DNA of 64,000 nt from Carcharhinus amblyrhynchos (taxonomy: Eukaryota), in assembly GCA_965287045.1 (NCBI GenBank), contig OZ336881.1, forward strand, positions 81,530,001 to 81,594,000. Reading direction: 5' to 3'. This document shows, in pieces, positions 1-12,028 of this stretch. Position 1 is the stretch's first letter. Each line of letters begins with the position of its first letter. Position numbers and translations under genes: made by a program. The notes under the pieces were generated by a model. It ran no database searches. It saw nothing but the letters and a program-made list of their open reading frames with translations, and was not told the DNA's origin.

Positions 1-52
1 GTGTTTTCCCCCGAAGCCTCCGCTGATCTGTGTGTCTGGTTTCTCTCCTCAG

Positions 53-197
53 TTACTTGCCAAAATCTACAAGATGCCTTCCAAGCCGATTTTCCACGGG
101 CCACAGCTGTCCAGTTTGCCGTTCCGAGGCCCCAACCGCTCGATGAACAGCGAGGACGGGATCGAATCCGTCCTCAACGAGTTCGATGACGACACGG
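53..197 (+). CDS. ARFGEF3: ARFGEF3 (BIG3/KIAA1244) internal coding exon
   Basis: ctcctcAG|TTA acceptor, ACG G|GTaaac donor; LLAKIYKMPSKPIF...SEDGIESVLNEFDDDT matches recalled human BIG3; 145 nt, phase 0 to 1. Confidence 0.93.
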
Positions 198-305
198 GTA
201 AACGCAACGCTCAGCTACCTCCGGGAAAGTTCAGCCACTTGTTATTCCCAACCAAGATGTTTTGTCCGCCTCAAGACATCACTTCTGGGAAGCTGCAACT
301 TGATC

Positions 306-800
306 GTAGAATCCTTACAGTGCAGGAAGAGGCCATTCGGCCCATCGAGTCTGCACCGACCACGATCCCAGTTAGGCCCTATCCCTGTAATCCCACATAT
401 TTACCCTGCTAACCCCCCCACTGACACTAGAGTTAATTTAGCCTGGCTAATCCACCTAACCTGCACATCTTTGGACTGTGGGAAGAAACCGGAGCACCCA
501 GAGGAAAGCCGGGAGAACCTGCAGCACCAGGGTCCCAGGTTCGACACCCGGCTCAGGTCTCTGCCTGTGTGGAGTTTGCACATTCTCCCCGTGTCTGCAT
601 GGGTTTCCCCCGGGTGCTCCGGTTTCCTCCCACAATCCAAAGACGTGCAGGTCTGGTGGATTGGCTGTGCTAAATTGCCCCTTAGTGCCAGTGGGGTTAG
701 CTGGATAAATGCGTGGGGTCATGGGTTAGGGCCTATGTGGGATTGGTGCAGACTTGATAGACCGAATGGCCTCCTTCTGCACCGTGGGAATCTATGTTGA
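306..800. mobile_element. Two HE1-like V-SINE copies in inverted orientation (- 306-510, + 525-800)
   Basis: V-domain core gggtgctccggtttcctcccaca and CR1-type tail present on both strands. Confidence 0.85.
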
Positions 801-864
801 TTCTAGCTTTGATTCTCTGAGGTGCTTTCTCCGAGGGGTTTATCTGCTGCTGCTTCTCTTCCAG

Positions 865-993
865 GTCTGATTCAAGTCTGGATTCTCCTGCTGGAGCAGC
901 TCACCACAGCCATCTCCAACTGTCCTCGCCAGCACCAGCCCCCCACCTTGGACCTCTTGTTCGAACTGCTGCGGGAAGTCACTAAAATACCAG
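865..993 (+). CDS. ARFGEF3: ARFGEF3 coding exon
   Basis: ttccAG/GTagtg sites; GLIQVWILLLEQLTTAISNCPRQHQPPTLDLLFELLREVTKIP; 129 nt keeps phase 1. Confidence 0.95.
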
Positions 994-1069
994 GTAGTGA
1001 GGATGAGATGGATGCATTCTACTTACTGCCACACCTTCCCCACTCTTTTTCTTGGCACATGTGCCCTCC

Positions 1070-1492
1070 TCTCTTTCCCTCTGACCTGACCCTCTCTCCC
1101 TCCACCTACCCCTCTCTCCCTCTGACCTGCCCTTCTCTCCCTCTGACCTGCCCTTCTCTCCCTCTGACCTGCCCTTCTCTCCCTCAGACCTGCCCTTCTC
1201 TCCCTTGAACCTGCCCCCTCCCCCTCAAACCTGCCTCTCCTTCGCCCCCACAGCCTCACCCTCCCTCCACCTGGCCCCCCTCTCCCTCCACTTGCCCCCC
1301 CTTCCTCCATCTGCCCCTTTCTCCCCCCTCCTTCCCCTCTCTCCCTCTCACCTGCCCCCTATCCCTTCACCTGCCACTCTCTCCCTCCATCTGCCCCTCT
1401 CTCCCTCCATCTGCCCCTCTCTCCCTCCACCTACCCTCCTTCCCTCCACCTGCCGCTTTCTCCCCACACTCTCCACTTGCCCTCTCTCTCTC
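1070..1492. repeat. Polypyrimidine low-complexity tract with about 21-bp CTGACCTGCCCTTCTCTCCCT units
   Basis: direct inspection. Confidence 0.9.
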
Positions 1493-1494
1493 TA

Positions 1495-1955
1495 AACCTG
1501 TAATGGAGTGTACCCCACTTGCCTGGATGGGTGCAGCTCCAACAACACTTGAGAAGCTCAACACCATCCAGGACAAAGCATCTGGTTGATTGCTACCCTT
1601 TCCCCAGGTATCTACTCCCTCCATCACCGATGAACAGTGGCAGCTGTGTGTACCATCTAAAGCCCTGCAGCAACTCACCAAGGTTCCTTGGGCAGCAACT
1701 TCCAAACTCATGATTGATACCATCCAGAAGGACATGGGGGACACCACCATCTACAAAGCCACTCACCACCCTGGCTTGGAAATATATCAGCTGTCGCTGT
1801 TGCAAAATCCTCCCTAACAGCGCTGTGGGTGTACCTATGCCCCATGGACTGCAGCGGTTCAAGAAGGCAGCTCACCACCACCTTCTCCAGGGCAACTAGG
1901 GATGGGCAGAAATGCTGGTCGAGCCAACGATGCCAACATCCCATAAATGAACTTA
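1495..1955 (+). mobile_element. Degenerate LINE (CR1/L2 superfamily) 3' fragment
   Basis: AWMGAAPTTLEKLNTIQDKA-like remnant and tail gggcaactagggatgggca; related copies on - at about 47520-47765 and 60670-61250. Confidence 0.7.
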
Positions 1956-2201
1956 AAAAGCATGAGAACAGGAGAAGTGGGATCAGGAGTGGACCATTCG
2001 GCCCATCGAGCTTACTTCACAATTCAGTTCGATCATGGCTGATCCTGGGATTCGACTCCACTTCCCAACCACGCTCTCTATCCCGTAATTCCCTGAGAGA
2101 CCAAAAATGTTGTCTCTCCCAGCCTAGGCCTAGGTGTGTCGCAAAGATATTGATTAATTTTACCCTAATTTTAAAACAAAATCTTTCTCTATCTTTTGCA
2201 G

Positions 2202-2378
2202 GGCCTGGATTTGGGATTTTTGCCGTTACCCACCTCCTCCTTCCAGTGATGTCCCTCTGGCTTCAGCGTAACCACGGAGACCAGTCGTACTGGGAGATGG
2301 CTGGTGCCAATTTCAAGCACGCGATTGGCCTGTCCTCGGAGCTGGTGATGGAGCACATTCACTGCTTCATCCAATCAG
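2202..2378 (+). CDS. ARFGEF3: ARFGEF3 coding exon
   Basis: ttttgcAG/GTagga; GPGFGIFAVTHLLLPVMSLWLQRNHGDQSYWEMAGANFKHAIGLSSELVMEHIHCFIQS; 177 nt. Confidence 0.95.
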
Positions 2379-2874
2379 GTAGGAGCTTGTTTACGGCTGG
2401 AACAGGCCTTACGCCAGTCGGTAAGTTAGTAAATAGATGCCAGCCAATCAGGAATGCTCACAAGTTGTCATGGTGATTCTGACAGTGATGTGCGCAGCAA
2501 TAAACTTCCCCAGTGACTCTGCAGGTAGATTGGGGGAAGTTCTGGGTTCGAGTTTCCGAGCTGACCTCAGAATATGGGTGTTACAAAACTGGTTAGGACA
2601 CTCTTGGGAGGGAGCAAATGAGCTCATGCCCCTGTTCCTGAATGCTACCCAATGGGTGTCCTGTACATCTGCTGTGGACAGGACTGGACTCACCCTGGAT
2701 ATTTCTGTGCCTCAGTCATTGGCGCTCATGCCTTGAGGTCAGAAAGTTGGAGTTTCGAGTCCCACCTTAGAGACAATCCAAAATCTGGACTGACCCTCCA
2801 GGGAACTGAGAGGGTGCTGGTCGAGACGCCTTCTGATTCAGATGTTAAACCAAGACCCTGTCAAGTAGGTGTAA

Positions 2875-3497
2875 AACATAAGAACATAAGAAATAGGAGC
2901 AGGAGTAGGCCATCTAGCCCTTCGAGCCTGCCCCGCCATTCAATAAGATCATGGCTGATCTGTCGTGGCTCAGTTCCACATTCCCGCCCTCTCCCCATAA
3001 CCCTTAATCCCCTCTCTTATCAAAAACCCATCAACCCGCGTCTTAAAAATATTTAGCGAGGTAGCCTCCACCACTTCAACGGGCAGAGAATTCCAGAGAT
3101 TCACCACCCTTTGAGTGAAGAAGTTCCTCCTCAACTCCGTTCTAAACCGCCCCCCCTTTATCTTGAGGCTGTGCCCCCTAGTCCTACTATCCTTTCTGAG
3201 CGGGAAGAGTCTCTCCACCTCTATCCTATCCATCCCATTCATCATCTTATACATCTCAATGAGATCTCCCCTCATTTCTAAACTCTAACGAGTACAAGCC
3301 TAGTTTATTCAGCCTCTCCTCATAGCTCAATCCCCTCAACTCCGGCATCAGCCTAGTAAACCTCCTCTGCACTCCCTCCAAGGCCAAAATATCCTTGCGT
3401 AAGTACGGCGCCCAAAACTGCACACAGTACTCCAGCTGCGGCCTCACCAATGCCCTATACAGCTGCAGCAAGACCTCCCTACTTTTATATTCAATCC
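2875..3497 (-). mobile_element. CR1/HER1-like LINE 3' fragment, young
   Basis: [13 protein letters not shown]...RRNFFTQRVVNLWNSLP; ttcttatg-type repeat tail. Confidence 0.92.
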
Positions 3498-3840
3498 CAA
3501 GGCACCATTCTGAAGAAGAACCAGTGAGGTTCTTCCGAGTGCCCTGGTTATAAATTATTCTTCGTCCAGTTGGACAGGGACAAGTTATCTCGCCGCCACC
3601 TTATTGCTGAGGTTTTGTGACTCAGTGGCTCACAGCCTCTGCTCTAAGCCAAACGCACTGGGTTCAAATCCCATTCCAGCTTGTTACCCTTGGAAACACC
3701 ATCCGTGACGTGGTTCAGGAGGAGAGTAACCAGCCCGGGAATCCGACTGGCACCCAGACTGATCCATGTGGTCTCCACTCAGTCATTTCCCAGCTACTGA
3801 CTATTAATCGCCCCTAACATTAATTAGTCCCCCTTCCGAG

Positions 3841-4146
3841 CGGCATGGTGGTACAGTGGTTAGCACTGTTGCCTCACAGCACCAGGGACCTGGGTTCGAT
3901 TCCCGGCTTGGGTCACTGTCTGTGTGAAGCTTGCACATTCTCTCCGTGTCTGCGTGGGTTTCCTCCGGGTGCTCCGGTTTCCCCCCAGAGTCCAAAGATG
4001 TGCAGGTTAGGTGCATTGGCCATGTTAAATTGCTCTTTAGTGTCCCGGGATGCGTAGGTTATGTGGGGTGATGGGGAAAAGGTCTGGGTGGGATTGTTGT
4101 CGGTGCAGACTCGATGGGCTGAATGGCATCCTTCTGCACTGTAGGC
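3841..4146 (+). mobile_element. HE1-like tRNA-derived V-SINE, full length, CR1-type tail
   Basis: A box tggtacagtgg, B box ggttcgattcc, V core, tail gcagactcgatgggctgaatgg...ttctgcactgtag. Confidence 0.9.
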
Positions 4147-4824
4147 ATGGTTTGTAGCCAGTTCTCCAGCACCTCACCTTAGTTAGGTTCGGTGCGGATG
4201 TAAATAAAAGTGTCATGTTTGATTGCTGGAACTTGGAGAAGTAAGAGGCAACTTGATTGAAACTTGTAAGCTCTGGAGGGGGGATTGACAGGGGCGATGT
4301 GGAGAGGATGTTTCTACCTGTGGGGGAATCTAGAACCAGGGATCACTGTAAAATAATAAAGGGTCACCCATTTAAAACTGAGATGAGGAGAAGTGTTTTC
4401 ATTCAGAAGGGAGTGAGTCTCTGGAACTCAGAAGGCAGTGGAAGCGGATTGGGAATAATTTGAAGGCGGAGATGGATAGATTCCTGGTCAGAGGGGGTGA
4501 AAGTGTTCAAAGAAACATGAGTTAGGTGCACTGGCCATTCAAAACTGCCCCAGGATGTGTCGGTTAGAGGGATCGGTGGGGTAAATATGTGGGGTTACAG
4601 GGATAGGGCCTGGGTGGGATTGTTGTTGTCGATGGGCCAAATGGCCTCCTTCTGTGCTGTAGGGATTCTAGGATTCCATGGAAGGTTATGAGATTTGAGG
4701 TGACTATCGGATCACCCGTGGTCTGACTGGATGTTGAAGCCAGCTCGAGGGGCTGAATGGCCTCCTCCTGGCTCTTTGTTGGTTTTGCCGTCACAGAGTT
4801 TTCTTTTTCCTTTTTGACTTGTAG

Positions 4825-4939
4825 ATATCGGCTACGAGAACAGCATCAACGCCATGCTGAAAGACCTTCTCAAGCTCCTGGTGTCCTGCATTGCAGAACC
4901 CATCGAAACCATCTCGCGAGTGGGCTGCTCCTGTATCAG
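4825..4939 (+). CDS. ARFGEF3: ARFGEF3 coding exon
   Basis: ttgtAG/GTagaa; DIGYENSINAMLKDLLKLLVSCIAEPIETISRVGCSCIR; 115 nt, phase 1 to 2. Confidence 0.94.
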
Positions 4940-5749
4940 GTAGAAACGGCCGTGGTTTCACACAGCTCCGCGCCTCCCCTGGGATCAGGCAGTGGCGACA
5001 GAATGGTCCTTTGCAGCAGACCCACCTCTCTGTCCCCTTGCCATTGTTAACACTGAATGATCCGTCCCTTCCTCTCTCGTTCTATCCGAGTTTTGGGGGT
5101 TAATTCTAACCCAATTCACTGGGCAGGTGTAGACAGAACAACAGGGAGATGGTGATGCATTGGAATGTCACTGGTCTAGTAGGCTCTGGTGGTTGGGTTC
5201 AAATCCCACCACAGAATCCTGACACTGTGAAAGAGGCCATTTGGCCCATCCAGTCTGGACCAACTCTCTGAAAGAGCATCCTACCCAGACCCTCTCCCCC
5301 TCATCCCATCCAGCTAATTCCCCCCAACCTACACATTTTGGGACAATTTAGCACGGCCATTCCTTCCTAGTGCACATCTTTGGAATGTGGGGGGAAACTG
5401 GAGCACCCGGAGGAAACTCAGGCAGATATGGTCACCCAAGGCTGGAATTGAACCCGGGTCCCTGGCGCTGTGAGGCCGCAGTGCTAACCATGGCAGCCGG
5501 CAGAATTAAAATTAGCAATGGTGACCACGAAATCATTGATTGTTGTAAAAACCCCAGCTCGATCACTAAGGACCATCCTTGCCTGGTCTGGCCTACAAGT
5601 GACTCCAGGCCCACAATAATGTGATTGACTCTTAACTGTCCCCTGAGCAAGCCACTCGGTTCAAGGGCAGTCAGGGAAGGACCTTGCCAGGTGCTCACAT
5701 CCCATGAAAGAATAAATAGGGAAAGAAAATGGATGGATATCCTTCCCAA

Positions 5750-6032
5750 GATTCCCTGCCAGGGTGGGTAAGACTGAGCATGAGGCAGACTTTGATCTGT
5801 TCCCATGGAATGGTTTCTCTTGGAAGAGGTCACTACCCTGTTGCTTGAGGGACACCGCTCCACATCAAACCTGGCTGACCAGGAGTCGCTCACCGACAAC
5901 CCCATTGTCGGAAGGACTTGCAGGTCGATATTTAACCTGTTTGGCCGCGTTATAAACACATCTTCCTTGGCCTTCGAATCCTGGGGTGGGACTCGAAACC
6001 GGAGCTTCTGGCTCAGAGGCAGGGACACTGCC
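5750..6032 (-). mobile_element. Second tRNA-headed SINE family
   Basis: head cctctgagccagaagctccggtttcgagtccca on -; related pieces at 6785-6855 and about 54540-54750. Confidence 0.6.
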
Positions 6033-6143
6033 CGAGTGTGTGGAATCGACGTTGCATGGTGGACCCTGTGTGAGGTTTTAGGGTGCCTCGGTTTTGAATG
6101 ATCGCTGCCCTGCCAGTTACCTTTGCTGATACTTTGGTTTCAG

Positions 6144-6246
6144 GTACGTCCTTGTTACAGCTGGACCTGTGTTCACCGATGAGATGTGGAGATTAGCTTG
6201 CTGCGCCCTTCAGGATGCTTTCACAGTTACACTGGAGCCAGTGAAG
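6144..6246 (+). CDS. ARFGEF3: ARFGEF3 coding exon
   Basis: tttcAG/GTactg; YVLVTAGPVFTDEMWRLACCALQDAFTVTLEPVK; 103 nt, phase 2 to 0. Confidence 0.95.
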
Positions 6247-6439
6247 GTACTGCCAAACCCTAGACTGGACATTTACACTTTGTGTATTAAGTTGCTGAAG
6301 TAACTCAGTGATGGATGTTCCCTGGAACAGAGCAGGCTAATCGAATTAATCAAAATCTTCAAGATATTAAGAGGGACAAGGAAAGTAGATCGAGAGAAAC
6401 TATTTCCCCAGCTTGGTGAGTCTGGGTCTGGGGGAATCA

Positions 6440-6655
6440 TAAACACAGTAAAAAGTCTGACAACACCAGGTTTTAGTCCAACCTATTTATTTGATAATAT
6501 ACTCGCAAGCTTTCGGGTTAGTCCATTCACCTGACGAAGGGGCTAACCCGAAAGCTTGCGAGTATTTTATCAAACAAATAGGTTGGACTAAAACCTGGTG
6601 TTGTCAGACTTTTTACTGTGTTTACGCCAGTCCAACGCCGGCATTCCCACATCAG
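6440..6655 (+). mobile_element. Palindromic Penelope-derived non-autonomous element with minimal hammerhead core
   Basis: 82-bp inverted arms 6440-6521 and 6543-6624 with 2 mismatches; CTGACGA 6531-6537 and GAAA 6550-6553. Confidence 0.75.
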
Positions 6656-6664
6656 GAATCGTAA

Positions 6665-7105
6665 AATCCATAGAGTCCCTACAGTGCAGAAGGAGGCCAT
6701 TTGGCCCATCGAGTCTGCACCGACCACAATCCCACCCAGGCCCTATCGCCGTCACCCCTTGCATTTACCCAGCTAGTCCCCCTGTTTGGCCGCGTTATAA
6801 GCATCGGGTGGGACTGGAACTCAGAGCTTCTGGTTCAGAGGCAGGTACACTACTCGAGCATGCGGAATCTGTGTTGTACGGTGGATCCTGTGTGAGCTTT
6901 TAGGGTCCCACTAAGGGGCAATTTAGCATTGACCACCCACCTAACCCGCACGTCTTTGGACTGTGGGAGGTAACCAGAGCACCCGGAGGAAACCCACGCA
7001 GTCTCGGGGAGAATGTGCAAACTCCACACAAGACAGTGACCCAAGCCGGGAATCGAACCCGGGTCCCTGGCGCTGTGAGGTAGCAATCACTGTGCCACCG
7101 TGCCA
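6665..7105 (-). mobile_element. HE1-like SINE interrupted by another SINE fragment
   Basis: tail 6665-6783, insert about 6785-6905, head to 7105. Confidence 0.8.
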
Positions 7106-7663
7106 ACGCATTTGAACATTAGAGCCAGATCGTCAGGAGTGAACTATCCAGGGTGAACTCCCCCAGGGGGAGACCATGTCTCCATTACTGAGTGTGTTCA
7201 AAGCAAGGTCGATAGATTGTTAGATATTAAAGACACCAAGACATGTGGGTCAGCACGGGAATATGGGGTGGAGGTGAACAATGGCATGGCTCGAAGGGCT
7301 GGATGGTCCAATCCTGTTCCTCTGCTCCTATGAATTCCAGAGCTTAGGCAGGGCCACCGGTGATGGAACGATTAAAGTTTGGGATGTGCCGGAGGCCCCA
7401 GTGTAAAGATATTCGGAAAGATGCAAAGGATTTGATAAGCGAGAAAGAATCGTTCTTCGGAGAACACCAGTCGCAGCCAATGGTCAGGAAGCTTCGCCTG
7501 AGTGCTCCCCCCTGGCTGGTGCTCAGGGTCTGATTAACCTCCATCAGCACACCCAGTCAGTGTTAACTCTCACGGTGTGGTAGAGTCTGTGTGGAAACAC
7601 GAGCGTCTCCCTCTGTCACTCTGAGCCACTCTCCGGGGTTACGTTTTTGCTCTTGCCTTTCAG

Positions 7664-7795
7664 AACCTCCTGGCCTGTTTCCAGAGCGGCTCGGACAGTT
7701 TCAGCGGAGACGCGTGTGAGGTGAAGGTGGCGGCTCCGTCACACTCTGCCAGCGCTGAGGCCGAGTACTGGCGAATCCGGGCAATGGCACAGCAG
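7664..7795 (+). CDS. ARFGEF3: ARFGEF3 coding exon
   Basis: ctttcAG/GTaaca; NLLACFQSGSDSFSGDACEVKVAAPSHSASAEAEYWRIRAMAQQ; 132 nt. Confidence 0.95.
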
Positions 7796-7879
7796 GTAAC
7801 ATGCCAACACATGCCCTTGTGGCCAACCCTGCAACGGTGGGGCGAGGCACGGTGGGGTAAACTGAACATTCCCTGATTA

Positions 7880-8325
7880 GACTCAGAGAGGTTTACAGCA
7901 TGGAAACAGGCCCTTCGGCCCAACTTGTCCATGCTACCTTTTTTTTTAACGATTAAGCTGGTCCCAATTGCCCTCGTTTGGTCCATATCCCTCTATACCC
8001 ATCTTACTCATGTAACTCAGTGCTTTTTAGAAGACAAAATCGTACCCGCCTCTGCGACTGCCTCTGGCAGCTCGTTCCAAACACTCACCACCCTCTGTGT
8101 AAAAAAATTATCCCTCTGGACCCTTTTGTATCTCTTCCCTTTCACCTTAAACCTACACCCTCTAGTTTTGGACTCCCCTACCTTTGGGAAAAGATATTGA
8201 CTATTTGGCTGATCTGTGTCGCTCATTAGTTTATAGATCACCCCTATAAGATCACCCTAAGTCTCTTACTCTGCAATAGTCCCAGTCTATCCAGCCTCTC
8301 CTTATAACTCAAACCATCAAGTTTG
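7880..8325 (-). mobile_element. CR1 LINE 3' fragment
   Basis: FFTQRVVSVWNELPEAVAEAG; same subfamily at about 20790-21330 and 32140-32275. Confidence 0.85.
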
Positions 8326-8818
8326 GACCAAAGGATTCCTAATTCCACCTTGCTGATGTGAGTGAGACCATAGCTGGAGCCCCACAGGCCAGTTCTGTCA
8401 CTCAGTGAGACCATGGCTGATCTGTGTCTCACCTCCATCTATTCCTCCCACACCTTATCCTTTTCTACCCTTTATTAGCAAATATCTCGTGGTCCCAGAT
8501 TTTAAAATTATTGATTCAGCTCCCATGGGTGAGTTCCACATTTCTACCACCCTTTTGTAGAAAGAGGTATTTCCCCAGTCACCTCCGGAATGTCTGGCTT
8601 GGATTTTACTGTCATGTGCCCTTGTCCGAGACCCCTGCCCTCCCTACCCTGGAGCAGAAAGACTTTCTCTATCCACCCAATCAAAGTTCTAGAAGCCTCG
8701 ATCAAACCATCCTTCAAGCTGTTGTATCTCAGGGTAAATAGATCCAGTGTTGTTCAGGAACTATTTCCAAGGCAGCGTTGGGGAGGTGTAATGTGACTGC
8801 TTTCATCTCCTGCTCCAG

Positions 8819-8949
8819 GTTTTCCTATTGGACACCCAGTGTTCTCCCAAGACCCCCAACAACAGGGAGGGGTTTGAGCATGCTCAGTCCTGCGTGCTGA
8901 TCATTGAACTCCCACCGGATGAAAAACCCAACGGGCACACCCACAAGAG
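8819..8949 (+). CDS. ARFGEF3: ARFGEF3 coding exon
   Basis: ctccAG/GTaaac; VFLLDTQCSPKTPNNREGFEHAQSCVLIIELPPDEKPNGHTHK; 131 nt, phase 0 to 2. Confidence 0.95.
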
Positions 8950-9536
8950 GTAAACGAGCACCCGGGCACGAGGGGGGTGGCGGGAGTGGCTGGGGGGGCG
9001 GGGTTTGGTGCTGGAGCAGCGGGGACACTGGAGGGGACACTTCCATTCAGTGAAGCTTCTCCCTCGTACTCCTGATCATTCGAATCGGAATATTTCTCTC
9101 TCTCCGAGAGGTAAACCTTCCAAAACTCAGGGAGATCAATGATCGGAAAGCTTATAAACTTTGAAAACAACCTTCATGAGAAAGTCTGAAAGGTGTGCTG
9201 GTTAGGGTGCATTGGCCATGCTAAATTCTCCCTCCGTGTACCCCAACAGGAGTGTGGCGACTAGGGAGTTTTCACAGTAACTTCATTGCAGCATTAATGT
9301 AAGCCTACTCGTGACACTAGTAAATAAATTTAAAAAAAACTTTAAAATGTAGGAACCTTCCTTTGGGTTTAACATACAGCAGATGATATTTTCATAGAAT
9401 CCCTACAGTACCTCAGCCAAGTCTTCCCATTTCTCTTACATTTAACACATTAACCTCCAACCTGGAAGATAGATTCCTACGAGTAAAATTTATACCCTTC
9501 GGGTATTAGTCTGAGCCATGAGCTAGTTGTTTATGA

Positions 9537-9855
9537 TGGCGGCACAGTGGTTAGCACTGCTGCCTCACAGCGCCGGGGACCCGGGTTCGATTCCCGGCCT
9601 TGGGTCACTGTCTGTGTGGAGTCTGCACGTTCTCTCTGTGTCTGCGTGGGTTTCCTCCGAATGCTCTGGTTTCCTCCCACACTCCAATGTGGGAGGAGAC
9701 CAGATGTGCGGGTTAGGTGGATTGGCCGTGCAAAATTGTCACTAGTGTCAGGGGGATTAGTTGGGGTAAATGTGTGTTATGGAGGTAGGGCCCGGGTGGG
9801 ATTGTGGCCGGTACAGACTCGATGGGCCCAATGGCCTCCTATAGGGATTCTAGGC
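9537..9855 (+). mobile_element. HE1-like V-SINE
   Basis: A/B boxes, V core, CR1-type tail. Confidence 0.88.
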
Positions 9856-11379
9856 TTCGATAATCCCCATAATACCTCAGGATAATTCACACTCCATCAT
9901 CCAGGAATTTAAGATGAAGTGGGGCATGATTGTTTCACCTTTGGTACGCTCTGTATTTACAATGGGAATGAGCAATATTGAGCAGCGTCTGATCGACTTT
10001 TGGTGTCAAATGTTAAGCCCTTGTTCAATTTATGCATTTTCCTCCAACTTGTAGAGTCTGACCTTCCTCCTGGTTTTGAATTCTCCTCTTGCAGCGCCCA
10101 CTGTTTATTCTGTCAGTTAGTGTTTAACCTTCTCTCCGCATCTGCCGTTAACTATTCCTCCCGGTTGCTCTGTACTAACTTTCCTCTTGTTGCTTCTTTC
10201 TCCCCACGCTTGGCCGTCGAACAGGAAAATAGGGTAAGCTGTGAGCTTTAAGTGTACGGGGTCCTGCAGCCTTGGGGTCCATGTAGTAAGTTCTCGGAGG
10301 CAGAAGTCCCTTCACCAAAATCCCTTTGTTTTCAAGTCTGACAACAGCACCCAGAGTGGTTTTGTTTAGCAGCCTACACTCGGAGTCCCAGAGGAACTGG
10401 CACGCCTGGTTAAGTACAAAGCAAGAGGCTCCCTGCTTAGCCCTTGATCAGGGAGTTCAGGTTCTAACAGGCCCACCTCAATTGCCTGATTAAAGTCGTT
10501 ACAGATTCCATCCCAGCTTTATTTTGGAACTCAAGTTGCAAAGATTTCAGAAGAACTTAGATCTATTTTGTTTTGATTTAATGCACAGCCAAATTCTGAC
10601 CTGTTGAGATCGTTTTGAGTGGTTTCTTCGCAAATTAACTTACGTACAGGGTGCACATTCCCGACTGCCCTGGAAACGAGTGTCTCGCTCGGCCATTGCT
10701 GAGGGCAGTTAAGAATCGTCCACATTGCTGTGGCTCTGGAGTCACATATCGACCAGACCGGGTGAGGATGGCAGATTACCTTCCCTAAAGGACATTAGTG
10801 AACCCAGATGGGCCTTTCCGACAATCGACAATGCTCAACTTTTAATTCCAGATTTTTATTGAATTCAAATTTCACCATCTGCTGTGGTGGGATTCGAACC
10901 GGCGTCCCCAGAGCATCACTCTGACCCTCTGGGTTACTAGTCCAATGACAATACCATCGCCCCCTCCTAGTGGTGGATGTCTGGTTGAAACTTGTCGCTA
11001 ATCATGGAACACATCGGCATTGACCCAAGCGTGTGACTTTTCTTCTGAAATCTTTGCCGTGATGTTTCAGAGTGTCAGCTGTGGCTCAGTGGGTAAGTCG
11101 CTCACTTCTGGGCCTCGAGACTCAAAGTCTCACTCAAGATTTGAGCAGAAAAGTCAAGCTGACACACTGACAATAATAATAGGCTCAAATAGTCTTCTCA
11201 CGGTTAATTATATGCTGCACTTTATTATCTAAACATAGAAACTTGTTGCTTTGTTTCTTTCCACTTTCACTGCCAGGTTCCCTTGCTGGCTTCTCATATA
11301 CTGCCTACTTCCCATTCAAAACTGGCATCATTAACTTCACAAAAATCCACCCGCAACCCTCTGTCCTTTCAAACTATCA

Positions 11380-11990
11380 CGTGCACACTCATTCATATAC
11401 ACATACATACACTCATATACACATACAAAACACACACATATACACAAACATGCACTCATATCACATACAGAAACATGTACACACACAGAAACACTCATGT
11501 ACACACACAAAACATACACATATACACAAATATATACTCATATCACACAGAAACACTCATATACACACATTTGCACTCATATACATACAAACACATCCAT
11601 ATCATACATAGGAAACATATACAGTGACATGTACACGCACACTCATTCACACACAAACATAAACTCACACACACACACACACACAAACACACACGTGCAT
11701 ATACAGAAATGTGCACTCACACGCACACATGTACATACAAACATGCACACGTGCATACGTACACGCACTCACACATGCACTCATATACACACACTCACAT
11801 GCACTCATATACACACACTCACATGCACTCATATACACACACATGTACTCATGTACACATACTCACATGCAATCATGTAAACACACAAACATGTATTCAC
11901 ACATACATTCACATACATACACACAAACACGCACTCAACAAGTGCACTTCATGTACACACACAATTACACAGTATGTACACGGGCACTAT
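11380..11990. repeat. Degenerate (CA)n/(CATA)n microsatellite tract
   Basis: direct inspection; ends just before the 12029 acceptor. Confidence 0.92.
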
Positions 11991-12028
11991 GTACATTCCT
12001 GGTTAAATCTCTGTCTTTTGATCCACAG

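Noticed and set aside
3845-3915. tRNA gene
   Set aside because: A/B boxes belong to SINE heads that continue into the V core and tail; no complete cloverleaf
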